A DNA stretch of 64,000 bases from an uncultured Arcobacter sp. (GTDB lineage Bacteria > Campylobacterota > Campylobacteria > Campylobacterales > Arcobacteraceae). A program made the translations under genes and the position numbers. Of this stretch, positions 51,748 through 62,535 are shown in pieces. The stretch is taken from NCBI GenBank assembly GCA_965140705.1, contig OZ223300.1, positions 992,001 through 1,056,000 of the forward strand, written 5' to 3'. Position 1 is the stretch's first letter; every line of letters starts with the position of its first letter. The notes under the pieces were generated by a model. The model had not been told where the DNA came from and did not search any database. It saw nothing but the letters and a program-made list of their open reading frames with translations.

Positions 51748-51869
51748 TATTATTACCTTTAATAGAGTTCAGACATATTGTATTTTCAAGAAGATCAGTA
51801 GTTATTTTATTGGTTTAGGTGAAAATAATAGAATGCCTAATTAGTATGTGAATAGTATCGAAAAAATAA

Positions 51870-52556
51870 TTAATCTTTTGACTTAGATTTAACTGTATCA
51901 ACAAATATTTTAAAAATTTTTAAATGTTGTTTTTTATAAAAAAGATATTCAGGATGCCATTGCACTCCAAATATCAAATTATTGTCATCTTTTTTTGAGA
52001 TTGATTGAATAATATTATATTTATCAACTGCTTCTAATTTAAAAGATTCAGGTAGTTTTTTTACAGCTTGATGATGTAATGTATTTATTTTTAAAGTGGA
52101 AGTTTTTAAACAAGTATCTAAAATAGCACCTTTTTTTATATTTATATTTTTCCAAGGAAGTGGAGTATATTTGTAGTCATATCCATCTCTTCTTATATCT
52201 TTACAAAGTTCTCCACCAAAAAATATATTTATTAGTTGATATCCTCTACATATACCAAAAACTGGTTTATTGTTTTCTACAGCTTTATTTAAAAGTTTAT
52301 ACTCTAAAACATCTCTTTCATAAGATATTATATCTTCTATTTTGCAAGTTTTATCTTCAATAAAAGCATTATATAAATCATTCCCTCCACTTATGAGTAA
52401 GCCATCCATATCTAAATCATCATAGGGTTTATTTGGTGTGATTATTTTAGTACGGGCTCCACATAAAAAAAGTGAAAAAATTATAAAGAACCTAGATACA
52501 AATCCTTTTTTAGGACCTGTAACTATTATAGTAGGTCTGTGATGTAACCATGACAT
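51870..52556 (-). CDS. Class I glutamine amidotransferase / gamma-glutamyl hydrolase (PuuD-like, peptidase C26)
   Basis: ISGGND, GICRGYQ, HHQAV, GVQWHPE. Confidence 0.88.
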   Translation of the reverse strand: MSWLHHRPTIIVTGPKKGFVSRFFIIFSLFLCGARTKIITPNKPYDDLDMDGLLISGGNDLYNAFIEDKTCKIEDIISYERDVLEYKLLNKAVENNKPVFGICRGYQLINIFFGGELCKDIRRDGYDYKYTPLPWKNINIKKGAILDTCLKTSTLKINTLHHQAVKKLPESFKLEAVDKYNIIQSISKKDDNNLIFGVQWHPEYLFYKKQHLKIFKIFVDTVKSKSKD

Positions 52557-53542
52557 TGTTCTATCCATTCATTTTTATTAAATAAAGGTGAATCAAGTTG
52601 AATCAAAAACTCTTTACTCATTTTTGTAAATACTTTTTCATTATTTGCTAAAATCTCAACTATTACCCATAATTGAAACTCTTGAGAAAGATTCCATCTA
52701 AATAGATTTACTTTTGAATTTGGCAATCTATAGTGATATGTAGGTCTTGGATTTATTTTCTCTTTTGGAAGATGTTTTCTTACTTCTTTTTCATTCCAAA
52801 AAGCTAATTGTGGTAACATATCTAAAATACGATTCCTTGTGGGATTATATTTTATATAATCTTGTAAAAACTCTTCTTTTGTTGGCTTATACTCTAAATC
52901 AATAATTTTTTTAATATACTCTTTTGGAAAATCATTTATATAAGGTGAAACCTTTCTTGCAATATCAACTTCACTTTGAAGTTCTATCCATTTTTGAATA
53001 ATTAAAAATGATTTAAAAAGTCTTAGCACATCCTCGATATTTTGACTTGGTGGTTCTATATTAAAATGGACTCCAAAGGCATAATAAAGCGAATGAGTAG
53101 TTCCTAATGCTCCATTTAATCTAAGAGCTTCAACTAGCTTATCAGCTTCTTTTATATCTTTAATTGGTATTGGAGGAGTTGCTATTTCAAAAGGTACAAA
53201 ACGTTTGGAAGTTTTATCTACAATATCATCTATACTATGAGATACACTTCCAATTATATTACTAAGTTTATCAAATAAATTATCAGATTGCATTTTTTGA
53301 AGTAATTGGGCATCAAGTTCAAGTTTAAAGTTTCCATATTTAGTATCTTTTAGTTCAAGTTCATATTTTGTGATTTTTTTTAACTTTCCACCAAATATTT
53401 CAGATATGAGTTTGGCACTTTTTTCTAATGAAAGGTTTGAGTATTCAATTTCAATCCCCACATGCCTTGGTTCATCTTTATTATTAAAAAAAAGTTTTGA
53501 TAAATACTTTTTTTCTATTATTTCTTGATAATTCCCTTGCAT
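52526..53542 (-). CDS. Putative amidoligase (COOH-NH2 ligase fold)
   Basis: VGIEIEY, FEIATPP, GVHFN, RPTYHYRLPN; overlaps the GATase gene. Confidence 0.78.
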   Translation of the reverse strand: MQGNYQEIIEKKYLSKLFFNNKDEPRHVGIEIEYSNLSLEKSAKLISEIFGGKLKKITKYELELKDTKYGNFKLELDAQLLQKMQSDNLFDKLSNIIGSVSHSIDDIVDKTSKRFVPFEIATPPIPIKDIKEADKLVEALRLNGALGTTHSLYYAFGVHFNIEPPSQNIEDVLRLFKSFLIIQKWIELQSEVDIARKVSPYINDFPKEYIKKIIDLEYKPTKEEFLQDYIKYNPTRNRILDMLPQLAFWNEKEVRKHLPKEKINPRPTYHYRLPNSKVNLFRWNLSQEFQLWVIVEILANNEKVFTKMSKEFLIQLDSPLFNKNEWIEQCHGYITDLL

Positions 53543-53669
53543 ATTTTCCCCTTATATTTATAAGAATATAAAATTATTATTTATGATATTTATAGTTTGT
53601 TATTTATTATAAAGATAACATAAGATATTTAAACATAACTTAATTATTTTTTGAGGAAAAATGTTTTTA

Positions 53670-55610
53670 TTAAGCATTTTTAGGTAGTTTTATAGAAAAT
53701 TTTGCACCTTTGTAATTTTCGTTATTATAATGGAACTCTTCATTTGTAGCTTTTATTTCACCATTCATATTTGTAATGATTTGTTTACTCATATAAAGCC
53801 CAATGCCAGTACCACCAATCTCTTTTTTAGTTGTGAAATATGGCTTAAATACATCACTTAAAATATCTTTAGGAATTCCACCATTTGTATCTTTTATATT
53901 AATATATACGTAGTCTTTATCATCAAAAACATCAATAAACAGATATTGTTTTTTATTTTCATTAAGATTTTTTATAAATTCATCTTTTGCATTTTTTATA
54001 ATATTTATAAAAACTTGTAAAAGTTCATTTTGATAACCACTTACATATATTTCTTTTATATTTTTTACTATTTCAATATTGCTAGTTTTAAATTCTGAGC
54101 TAATTAATTTAAATGTCTTTTCAAAAATAGTTTCTATATTAAAGTATGTTTTTTCTTTACTTGGATTAAAAAAGTTTCTAAAATCATCAATTGTAGTTGT
54201 TAAATGTGTAACTGAATTATCTATATTATCAATTGCTTCAAGTATTTCTTCTTCTGAATTGTGGCTTTCATTCTCTTTATTTAATCTAAGAAGACTATTT
54301 GACATACTTATTAAACTTAATGGTTGTTTCCATTGGTGTGCAATATTACCAATCATTTCTCCCATAATTGCCATTTTTGACTGTTGAATAAGTAACATCT
54401 CATTTTTTATTGTTTTTTTAGTTTCTAAATCTAGGTTTTCTCTATACTCTTTAAATTTAATAGCAATAATATTTGATATATAAAAAGAAATAGCTATTAA
54501 GATAAGTGTCATAATACTACTAATAATTAATATTTTATTTATAACTTCATTACTATTTTTGGTAAGTTCAATTTCTCTTTGTTTTATAACTGAATTTAGT
54601 CTATCTAAGTAAAATCCATTACCAATTACCCAATTCCACTTTTCAAAAAGTTTTATATAGGAGATTTTGGCAGATGATTTATAATTTGCATTATAAGTTG
54701 ACAAATAATCTAAATACCCTTCTTTGTGAGTTTTCGCAAAACTTAATATATCTTTTACAACAAAATCACCTTTAGAATTTTTTACTTTTAATCTATTTTT
54801 ACCAATACACTCTTTTCTAATATCAGATAGACAATTTCCCTCTAAATCATATACAAAAATATAACCATTTTCATTGTATCTAAATCTTGTTATCCACTCT
54901 AAAACTTTTTTCTTTACTTTTTCTTGGAAATCTTCAGTATATTCGCCTGTACCAATAACCACATTGTATGGTTCAAAATATTTATAAAAACTTATTTTTT
55001 CATAGGCTTGAGTTTTATCATTTGGTTTATACCAATAATACTTATCAAAGGCTTCTGTTTTATTTTTAATTGTTTCAGATATTTTTTTTACAAATTTATA
55101 ACCTTTGGCATCTACGTAATTAAGCATATTTTTTCCCTCAAACTCTTTATTAAAAGGTTGTAAGAGCTTAACACCATTTACGTCATCTATAAAAAAATAA
55201 CCTCTGTTATTGTTATAAGACATTCCTGTTAATGCGTGTTTTATAGTAGTTAGTATTCGTTTTTTTGAATGTGCATGTTCATTTGAAAAATCATTTGATT
55301 CTTCTGTATAAAGTATATTTGCCACTTTATATGCTTCATAGACTTTATTTTTAATAGATTCTTTTAGACTCTCTTCTGATTTATTTATTTCATCATTTAT
55401 CAGAGAAATGATATTTTCTACTTCGTATTTAACAATTTTTTTATTTTCATTTAAATAGTTTGTTTTTAGAATCTCAACTTCATTTTTAACTTCTTGTCTT
55501 TTTTGTTCAATGAATATATTTGTAATGATAAATGAAAATATTATGACAGGTAAGATTGCTCCATATCTAATTACTGTTAATATATTTTTTTCATTATCAA
55601 AAAATTTCAT
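53670..55610 (-). CDS. Cache-domain sensor histidine kinase
   Basis: Two GYFF/GYIF...IGTG/IGNG Cache repeats; IAHQWKQP; GTGIGL. Confidence 0.9.
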   Translation of the reverse strand: MKFFDNEKNILTVIRYGAILPVIIFSFIITNIFIEQKRQEVKNEVEILKTNYLNENKKIVKYEVENIISLINDEINKSEESLKESIKNKVYEAYKVANILYTEESNDFSNEHAHSKKRILTTIKHALTGMSYNNNRGYFFIDDVNGVKLLQPFNKEFEGKNMLNYVDAKGYKFVKKISETIKNKTEAFDKYYWYKPNDKTQAYEKISFYKYFEPYNVVIGTGEYTEDFQEKVKKKVLEWITRFRYNENGYIFVYDLEGNCLSDIRKECIGKNRLKVKNSKGDFVVKDILSFAKTHKEGYLDYLSTYNANYKSSAKISYIKLFEKWNWVIGNGFYLDRLNSVIKQREIELTKNSNEVINKILIISSIMTLILIAISFYISNIIAIKFKEYRENLDLETKKTIKNEMLLIQQSKMAIMGEMIGNIAHQWKQPLSLISMSNSLLRLNKENESHNSEEEILEAIDNIDNSVTHLTTTIDDFRNFFNPSKEKTYFNIETIFEKTFKLISSEFKTSNIEIVKNIKEIYVSGYQNELLQVFINIIKNAKDEFIKNLNENKKQYLFIDVFDDKDYVYINIKDTNGGIPKDILSDVFKPYFTTKKEIGGTGIGLYMSKQIITNMNGEIKATNEEFHYNNENYKGAKFSIKLPKNA

Positions 55611-55783
55611 AAGATTCCTAGATTAAATAAATTATTTAATTATAGCTAAAGGAAATAAAAAGAAACTTTTGATTCTAAAAAAATAATAATTTAAATAGAT
55701 AATTTACTTCATGAATGTGCTAAAGTTATTATTTTATAATTAATATATAAATTTTAGTAACAAAAGAGTTTTAAACTCTTTTG

Positions 55784-56470
55784 TTATTCACAAAGAAAAG
55801 TATAATTTGCATTTATCTTAACTTCTAAAGAGTCATCAATAGGTTTTGTGATACTAGATGTTTTACTTAATGTTGAAGACTCCATAAGGGCATTTCTAAG
55901 CACAGGTGTATATCTTTGATTTTTAGAAATATTAATATCTTTAACAGAACAAGTTTTATTAGAAAATGTTTTTTCTAAATTTTTTGCATAACTAATTGCA
56001 AAATTATAAGCTTGATTTTCTAATTTTCTATATGAGTTTGTTATTTCTTCTTCTGTAAGAATTGGATTAGAAGTACCTATTGATATTTTATTGATATTTG
56101 ATTTATTTAAATAATTTATAAATTGATTTAAACTTTTAGAATCATTATATGTACAAGTAAAATTTATATTAGAGATATATCCTTTTGTTTCTTTTTTATT
56201 ATTGATATAAACAATATTTGGATTTATCGAGTATTTACCTCCACTACACTCTAAATTTTTATGCTCTTTTAAATCTTTTACTTTTTTTAGTATTGATTCC
56301 ATATTATTTTGTATAGTGTTAAAACTAGGACTTTGATTCTCTACAGAAACATTGATTTTGTAACTATTTGTTTTTGCAGTATTAGTAAAATTTTCATTCA
56401 ATGAGATTGTTGTTGCACTTAAACTTGTGAATATTCCTATAAAACTTGATATTAGCAGTATTCTTTTCAT
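55784..56470 (-). CDS. Exported SIMPL (DUF541)-like protein
   Basis: Signal peptide; YSINP...KGY; C-terminal beta strand. Confidence 0.55.
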   Translation of the reverse strand: MKRILLISSFIGIFTSLSATTISLNENFTNTAKTNSYKINVSVENQSPSFNTIQNNMESILKKVKDLKEHKNLECSGGKYSINPNIVYINNKKETKGYISNINFTCTYNDSKSLNQFINYLNKSNINKISIGTSNPILTEEEITNSYRKLENQAYNFAISYAKNLEKTFSNKTCSVKDINISKNQRYTPVLRNALMESSTLSKTSSITKPIDDSLEVKINANYTFLCE

Positions 56471-56655
56471 TATATTCCTTCTATTTTATTTCAAAACTAA
56501 GTATATCATTTTTCTTATAATGCCTCATAAGTTAGTTTTCTTTGTTTTTTCCTTCAGCAAAATATACAATGGCATAAATTTTATCTATCTCTTTGCCATT
56601 ATTGTCTATAATGCGATTAAAATAAAAAACAAATATTTAATATAAAAGGTAAATA

Positions 56656-57759
56656 ATGGGATTAGGTGTAGGAATAGTAGGACTTCCAAATGTAGGTAAA
56701 TCGACAACTTTTAATGCTTTGACAAAAGCACAAAATGCAGAGGCACAAAATTATCCATTTTGTACTATTGAGCCAAATAAAGCAATTGTTCCAGTACCTG
56801 ATAAAAGACTTGATGAGTTAGCAAAAATTGTAATTCCTGATAAAATTCAGTATTCAACTATAGACTTTGTTGATATTGCTGGACTTGTAAGAGGGGCATC
56901 TAAAGGCGAAGGATTAGGTAATCAATTCTTATCAAACATTAGAGAAGTTGAAGTAATTTTACATATGGTTAGATGTTTTGAAGATGGAAATATTACTCAT
57001 GTGGAAGGTGATGTAAACCCTTTAAGAGATATTGAGATAATCGAAACTGAGCTTATTTATGCTGATATTTCACAATTAGAGAAAAAAATTGATAGACTTA
57101 AAAAGCAATCAAAATCTTCAAAAGAAGCAGCTGCTTCTCTTGTAATTGCAGAAGAGTTATTTAAACATTTAGAAGAGCTAAATCCTGTAAAAACTTTCGA
57201 AAAATTAGAAGATGATGTTTTTATTGCTTTAGATAAAGAACTTAGATTTTTATCTAACAAAGATGTGATTTATGGAGCAAATGTTGATGAAGATTCACTA
57301 GCAGACGGTGGAAATAAATTTGTTGATGTTTTAAAAGAACATGCAAGTAAAGTAAATGCTGATGTTATTATGCTTTGTGCAAAAATAGAAGAAGAACTTG
57401 TAGGTTTAGAAGATGAAGAAGCACAAGAGTTTTTAACAGATTTAGGTGTTGAAGAATCTGGATTAGAACAAATAATTCATAAAGCCTTTGATAAGCTTGG
57501 ACTTCAATCATATTTTACAGCTGGTAAAGTAGAAGTTAGAGCTTGGACTATTAAGAAAAATACAAAAGCACCACAAGCAGCAGCTGTGATTCATAATGAC
57601 TTTGAAAAAGGTTTTATAAAAGCAGAAGTTATTGCTTATGAAGATTTTGTATCTTTAGGTGGTGAAGCTAAGTGTAAAGAAGCTGGAAAATTAAAACTTG
57701 AAGGTAAAGATTATATTGTGCAAGATGGTGATGTTATGCACTTCAGATTTAATGTCTAA
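56656..57759 (+). CDS. ychF: Obg-family ATPase YchF
   Basis: GIVGLPNVGKST, YPFCTIEPN, DIAGLV, EGKDYIVQDGD. Confidence 0.97.
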   Translation: MGLGVGIVGLPNVGKSTTFNALTKAQNAEAQNYPFCTIEPNKAIVPVPDKRLDELAKIVIPDKIQYSTIDFVDIAGLVRGASKGEGLGNQFLSNIREVEVILHMVRCFEDGNITHVEGDVNPLRDIEIIETELIYADISQLEKKIDRLKKQSKSSKEAAASLVIAEELFKHLEELNPVKTFEKLEDDVFIALDKELRFLSNKDVIYGANVDEDSLADGGNKFVDVLKEHASKVNADVIMLCAKIEEELVGLEDEEAQEFLTDLGVEESGLEQIIHKAFDKLGLQSYFTAGKVEVRAWTIKKNTKAPQAAAVIHNDFEKGFIKAEVIAYEDFVSLGGEAKCKEAGKLKLEGKDYIVQDGDVMHFRFNV

Positions 57760-57798
57760 TAACTAAGACTCATCTATCTATACTTACTTAAATTATTA

Positions 57799-57839
57799 AA
57801 AAAGGGGAAGGAAAACAAGTAGTTTTCTTTCCCCTTTTT
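57799..57839 (+). terminator. Intrinsic terminator after ychF
   Basis: AAAAAGGGGAAGGAAAAC...GTTTTCTTTCCCCTTTTT. Confidence 0.75.
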
Positions 57840-57971
57840 GCATTAAAAATAAATAAAAATAATTTCTAAAATATTTTCAAAACTTTGATTTTGTATAATT
57901 TATATACAAAAATGTAAACCCTACTATACCTTAAAAATGTATAATTATTTTATATATTTTAAGGAAATAAA

Positions 57972-60530
57972 ATGAATAATCAACTTATTAATTATAAAGG
58001 AATTGAGCTAAAACAAGAGTTACTTCAATATTTTAAACATATGTTCTTAGTGGAAGAGTATAGAGAAGAATTAGTATCATTATCAAAAAGTTGGGATAAC
58101 CTATCTTTACTAAGTAACTTTGGAAATAATAGTGCAAATATAAATGAAACAAAAAATAACTTTTCAAAATTGACTTCAAAACTGTTAAATCATCTATCAA
58201 ATGAACTTCTAGAAAAAACAATAAGACAAATGAAATTTAAATCACAAATCTCTATTGATATTCTTATACGAAATCTTTATGAAAGAACTGCTGATATTGG
58301 ATTTTTAGCTACAGATAAGGATATAAGAGAATTTTTAGAAAATAATAAAAATAAATATGAAAATGAATTTGCTGATAATGTAAAAATATTAAGAAATAGA
58401 TTTTTAGAATATACGCAAAAATATAGTGTATATTATAACATTGTCCTAATGGACACAAAAGGTAATATCCTAGTCCAATTAGATAAAAGTGAAAAAATAA
58501 ATAAATCTGAAGATGAGATTATTGATTTATCTTTAAGTAGTAATGATTATGTTGAATCTTTTAAATTTCATGATTTTATTCCAAGTAAAAAGAAAAGTTT
58601 AGTTTATGCATCTAAAGTTACAAAAACTAATGATCCAAATTCAGAACCAATTGGAATTTTATGCTTATGCTTTAAGTTTCAAGATGAGATGAAAGGTATT
58701 TTTAATAATCTAAAAGAGACAAAAAATAAAGAGTGTTTAACAATTTTAGATAAAGATGGAGTAGTAATTGCTACTAGTGATAAGTATCATGTAAATTTAG
58801 GAACAATTTTAGAATTTAATCCAAATAGTAAATTCTCTTTTATTTCCCATGGAGGTAGGGACTATTTATCTAAAACATGTAAAACAAATGGTTATCAAGG
58901 TTATTTTGGGCAAGAATGGTATGGGCACATTTTGCTTCCTTTAGACTATGCTTTTGTTGAAGAAGATGATAATTTAAATATTGATCAAGATATCTTATTG
59001 GCAATTCTACAAGGAGGTGAGAGGTTTAGTGATGAACTAAAAAAGATTCCACTTGAAGCAAATAATATTCAAGAGAATTTAAATAGATTAGTTTGGAATG
59101 GAAATCTCAACCGAGGTAATCAAGATAAAAGTGAATTAACAAAAAGCTTTTTTAGGGCACTTTTAAATGAGATAAGTTTAACTGGAGAGAAAACTAAAAA
59201 AATATTTGATTTATCCATTGCTAATCTAACTAAAACAATTATATTAAATAATGCAACTTATGTTGCTTCTTTGATGGTAGATATTATGGATAGAAATCTA
59301 TATGAAAGAGCAAATGATTGTAGATGGTGGGCTTTAACTCAAGATTTTAAAGATGCCTTAACCTCTAATTCTATAGATAAGACTAATAATAGTAAATTAA
59401 CAGAGATATTAAGTTATATAAATAGTCTTTATACGGTTTATACAAATCTATTTATTTATGATAAAAATGGAATTATTCTTGCTGTTTCCAATGAAGAAGA
59501 GAAACATTTAATAGGAATGCAATTAAGCGATAATACCCTTGAAAATACAATGGAAATAAAAGATAATAATGATTATTTTGTGTCAAATTTTAAAAGAACA
59601 AAATTTTATAATGATGATTATACTTACATTTATTATTCTTCAATTAAATCAGATGAAAATGTTGTAGGTGGGATTGGTATAGTTTTTGATTCAAAAGTTG
59701 AATTAAAAGCTATGCTTGAAGAATCAATTCCAAATTTTAAATCATCAGCTGATGAAAAGAGATTTGGTGTATTTACTGATAAAAAAGGATTAATAATCTC
59801 TTCTACAAATGAAGACTTAGAAGTAGGAACAGCTTTAGATATTGATTTGAAATTTTTTAATATGGTAAATGGAGAATCCCATAGTGAAATAATAGTTTAC
59901 AATGGTAATTATTATGCTATTGGGATAAAGTGTTCACAAGGATATAGAGAGTATAAAGTTGCTGATAATTATTCAAATGATATTTTTGCAATATTTTTCT
60001 CTTATATTAGTTCAGCAGATTTAAATATTTCACATAGTAAAGAAATATTTAAAGAAATTAGTGGAAATAAATCAGAAGACACACAAGAAATAGGGACTTT
60101 TTTCATAGGTGGAAAGTGGCTAGGTATTGAAATAGAAAATTTAATTGAAGTTGTAAGTGTTTCTAAATTAGACCTATCTCCTACAATGAATAATGACCAC
60201 TATTTTAAAGGAACCATAATTTATAATAATTCTGCCGTTGGAGTGATAGATATTAAGAATTTTTTAGATGAAAAAGTTGAAGAAGATTATAAAGAAGTTG
60301 TCATTATAAAACATTTTGACAAAGATAGTGAGAATTACATAGGTATATTAGTAAATGAATTAGGTGATATTCCTGAGATTTCAAAAGCTAGAATCAAGAA
60401 GATTGATAATTATTTATTAGGGAATTGTACATTAATAAATTCTGTAATAGTTCCTCTTGAGGGGTCAAAAGATGATAAATTATTATCAATACTTGATATT
60501 GAGATGTTAAAAAATAATTTAATAGAATAA
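57972..60530 (+). CDS. Soluble protein with duplicated Cache-like modules and C-terminal CheW domain
   Basis: RNLYER..D repeated twice, YxGY motifs, C-terminal CheW-like (FKGTI...VIDI...GILVNELGDI); no TM seen. Confidence 0.7.
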   Translation: MNNQLINYKGIELKQELLQYFKHMFLVEEYREELVSLSKSWDNLSLLSNFGNNSANINETKNNFSKLTSKLLNHLSNELLEKTIRQMKFKSQISIDILIRNLYERTADIGFLATDKDIREFLENNKNKYENEFADNVKILRNRFLEYTQKYSVYYNIVLMDTKGNILVQLDKSEKINKSEDEIIDLSLSSNDYVESFKFHDFIPSKKKSLVYASKVTKTNDPNSEPIGILCLCFKFQDEMKGIFNNLKETKNKECLTILDKDGVVIATSDKYHVNLGTILEFNPNSKFSFISHGGRDYLSKTCKTNGYQGYFGQEWYGHILLPLDYAFVEEDDNLNIDQDILLAILQGGERFSDELKKIPLEANNIQENLNRLVWNGNLNRGNQDKSELTKSFFRALLNEISLTGEKTKKIFDLSIANLTKTIILNNATYVASLMVDIMDRNLYERANDCRWWALTQDFKDALTSNSIDKTNNSKLTEILSYINSLYTVYTNLFIYDKNGIILAVSNEEEKHLIGMQLSDNTLENTMEIKDNNDYFVSNFKRTKFYNDDYTYIYYSSIKSDENVVGGIGIVFDSKVELKAMLEESIPNFKSSADEKRFGVFTDKKGLIISSTNEDLEVGTALDIDLKFFNMVNGESHSEIIVYNGNYYAIGIKCSQGYREYKVADNYSNDIFAIFFSYISSADLNISHSKEIFKEISGNKSEDTQEIGTFFIGGKWLGIEIENLIEVVSVSKLDLSPTMNNDHYFKGTIIYNNSAVGVIDIKNFLDEKVEEDYKEVVIIKHFDKDSENYIGILVNELGDIPEISKARIKKIDNYLLGNCTLINSVIVPLEGSKDDKLLSILDIEMLKNNLIE

Positions 60531-60543
60531 CAAAATTAAAGAC

Positions 60544-61161
60544 TTATATACCTTGAAGAAGAATTTGCCAAATATATTCAACTTCTTCATCATCTAAGAA
60601 AATTAGTGATTTTTCTTTAAAAAGTTCATCTATTTTGTAAAATTCAAACTTTTTTGAATAAGTACAAGTTGGATGAACAGGATGAAAGCTTCTTACAAGT
60701 GAGATTTCATCTTTTATCTCTTGTTCACAAAGTAAACAAATATATTCACTATGAAGTCTTCCTTCATGTTCTAGTAGTTTTATATAAGTTTCACAAATGG
60801 CTCGTTTGGCATCTTGTTTTATAAGTTTGTGAGCAAGTTCTTCTAATAAATTGAAATAGAAACTATCTATCTCTTCCACATCTTTTAAATGGGGATAAAA
60901 AAGTTTTAAAAATCTTTGCCAACAATAGAGCTTTTCTTTTACAAAAATCCAATTAAAACTTATTTGAAGTACATCTTTTAGTCTAGGTATTGTACTTTTT
61001 AGATTTGATTCTAATTCAAAATCAATCTTATATCCAACATTAACAGTAGAGTGTCTTCCTCCATAAAATCTATATGTAGTATAAATACTCTCATCTGTAA
61101 GAATAGTAACGATTAAGTCATCATCTCTTACAGATTTTATATCGATTATATAACCTTGCAT
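60544..61161 (-). CDS. recO: Campylobacterota-type recombination protein RecO
   Basis: MQGYI..DDLIV.ILT..YRFYG.RHS; EGRLH..C..C. Confidence 0.85.
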   Translation of the reverse strand: MQGYIIDIKSVRDDDLIVTILTDESIYTTYRFYGGRHSTVNVGYKIDFELESNLKSTIPRLKDVLQISFNWIFVKEKLYCWQRFLKLFYPHLKDVEEIDSFYFNLLEELAHKLIKQDAKRAICETYIKLLEHEGRLHSEYICLLCEQEIKDEISLVRSFHPVHPTCTYSKKFEFYKIDELFKEKSLIFLDDEEVEYIWQILLQGI

Positions 61162-61419
61162 CTATTCTTTAAGACTCTTCATATCAATTATTTCATCTAT
61201 GATTTCTTGTGCTTCTTCATCATCAATCTCTCCAGCTTCTAAATCATCAATTAAGTCTTGAAACTCTTTTCTCATCTCTTGCATATATTTTATTTCTTCT
61301 TTAGTTTTATCATCACTTTTTTTTGATGCAACTAATTCAAATAACTCATCTAAATAGTCTTCAACATCAGGTATAACTTCGTTGTGTACTAGATTTAAAA
61401 GTTTTTCTTGTATAGTCAT
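61162..61419 (-). CDS. Small acidic hypothetical protein
   Basis: AAGGA RBS; abuts recO. Confidence 0.75.
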   Translation of the reverse strand: MTIQEKLLNLVHNEVIPDVEDYLDELFELVASKKSDDKTKEEIKYMQEMRKEFQDLIDDLEAGEIDDEEAQEIIDEIIDMKSLKE

Positions 61420-61531
61420 ATTATTTTCCTTTTAAATTTGGAAAAAAATTATAACAAAAGATTACTACTTGTTTGCTTCATAATTATACTTATGGTATTA
61501 TTCTTGACATATTATAAAAAGGAAAATGTAG

Positions 61532-61846
61532 ATGTCTGTGTTTGAAAATGTAAAAATAGCTAAAAAAGCAAATATTTTATATGAAGGTCATGTTACAAGT
61601 AGAGCTATAGAGTTTGAAGATGGTTCAAAAAAGACTTTAGGTGTTATGTTACCTGGAGAGTATGATTTTACAACTATTCATGAAGAACTTATTGATGTAG
61701 AATCGGGAGAACTAGAAGTATTATTACCTGCACAAGATTGGAAAAAAATTGTTGCACCACAAAGTTTTAAAGTGCCTGCTAACTCTAAATTTAAATTAAA
61801 AGTTATTTCACTAGTTGATTATTGTTGCTCATTTAAAAGACACTAA
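61532..61846 (+). CDS. ppnP: Pyrimidine/purine nucleoside phosphorylase (DUF1255)
   Basis: KAN..YEG.VTSR, KTLGVMLPGEY.F.T, DYCC. Confidence 0.85.
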   Translation: MSVFENVKIAKKANILYEGHVTSRAIEFEDGSKKTLGVMLPGEYDFTTIHEELIDVESGELEVLLPAQDWKKIVAPQSFKVPANSKFKLKVISLVDYCCSFKRH

Positions 61847-61865
61847 GATAGAAAAACTTTCTATC

Positions 61866-62534
61866 TTAGCTTATTTGTAAAAGTTTATAGCCCACCCCTC
61901 TTAGATTTAAAACCATCCCATTTTTTAGTTTACTTCTTAATTTATGAACGATAGTTCTCATGCTTACTGATTCCATCTCTTTACTATCCCAAACATATTC
62001 ATGAATCATATCTAAAGTCACTGTTTTATTTATATTTTTAACCAAGAGAGATAAGAGTAGTTTTTCTTTTACTGTTAGTTCTATTTCATGTCCATGTTTA
62101 TATAAAGTTTGATTTATCAAATCATAAGTATACTCATACCCTAAGTCAATATTTAAATTCACATCATTATTTTGTGATACATGGTTTAAATGATATTTTA
62201 TTCTTAAAAAAAGTTCCTCAAAATCAAAGGGCTTTTTTATATAATCGTTACAACCATAATCAAAAGAGTTTTTTATATTTTCTATATCAATTTCAGCACT
62301 TATCATGATAACAGGAGTGTTTGGATTATCTTTTCTTATTGTTTTTAATATTTCATGCCCATCAAATCCTGGAACATTTAAGTCTAAAATATATAAATCA
62401 TATTTATTATTTATAATTTTACTAGCTGCCTCATATCCATCTGCACAGTTTTCTACAAAAAAGCCTCTATTTTCTAGGGAGAGTTTTATGATTTTATTAA
62501 GGGAATAGTCATCTTCTAGTAAAAAAATCTTCAT
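61866..62534 (-). CDS. OmpR-family response regulator
   Basis: LLEDD, LDLNVP, KKPF, winged helix ...RGVGY. Confidence 0.92.
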   Translation of the reverse strand: MKIFLLEDDYSLNKIIKLSLENRGFFVENCADGYEAASKIINNKYDLYILDLNVPGFDGHEILKTIRKDNPNTPVIMISAEIDIENIKNSFDYGCNDYIKKPFDFEELFLRIKYHLNHVSQNNDVNLNIDLGYEYTYDLINQTLYKHGHEIELTVKEKLLLSLLVKNINKTVTLDMIHEYVWDSKEMESVSMRTIVHKLRSKLKNGMVLNLRGVGYKLLQIS

Positions 62535-62535
62535 T

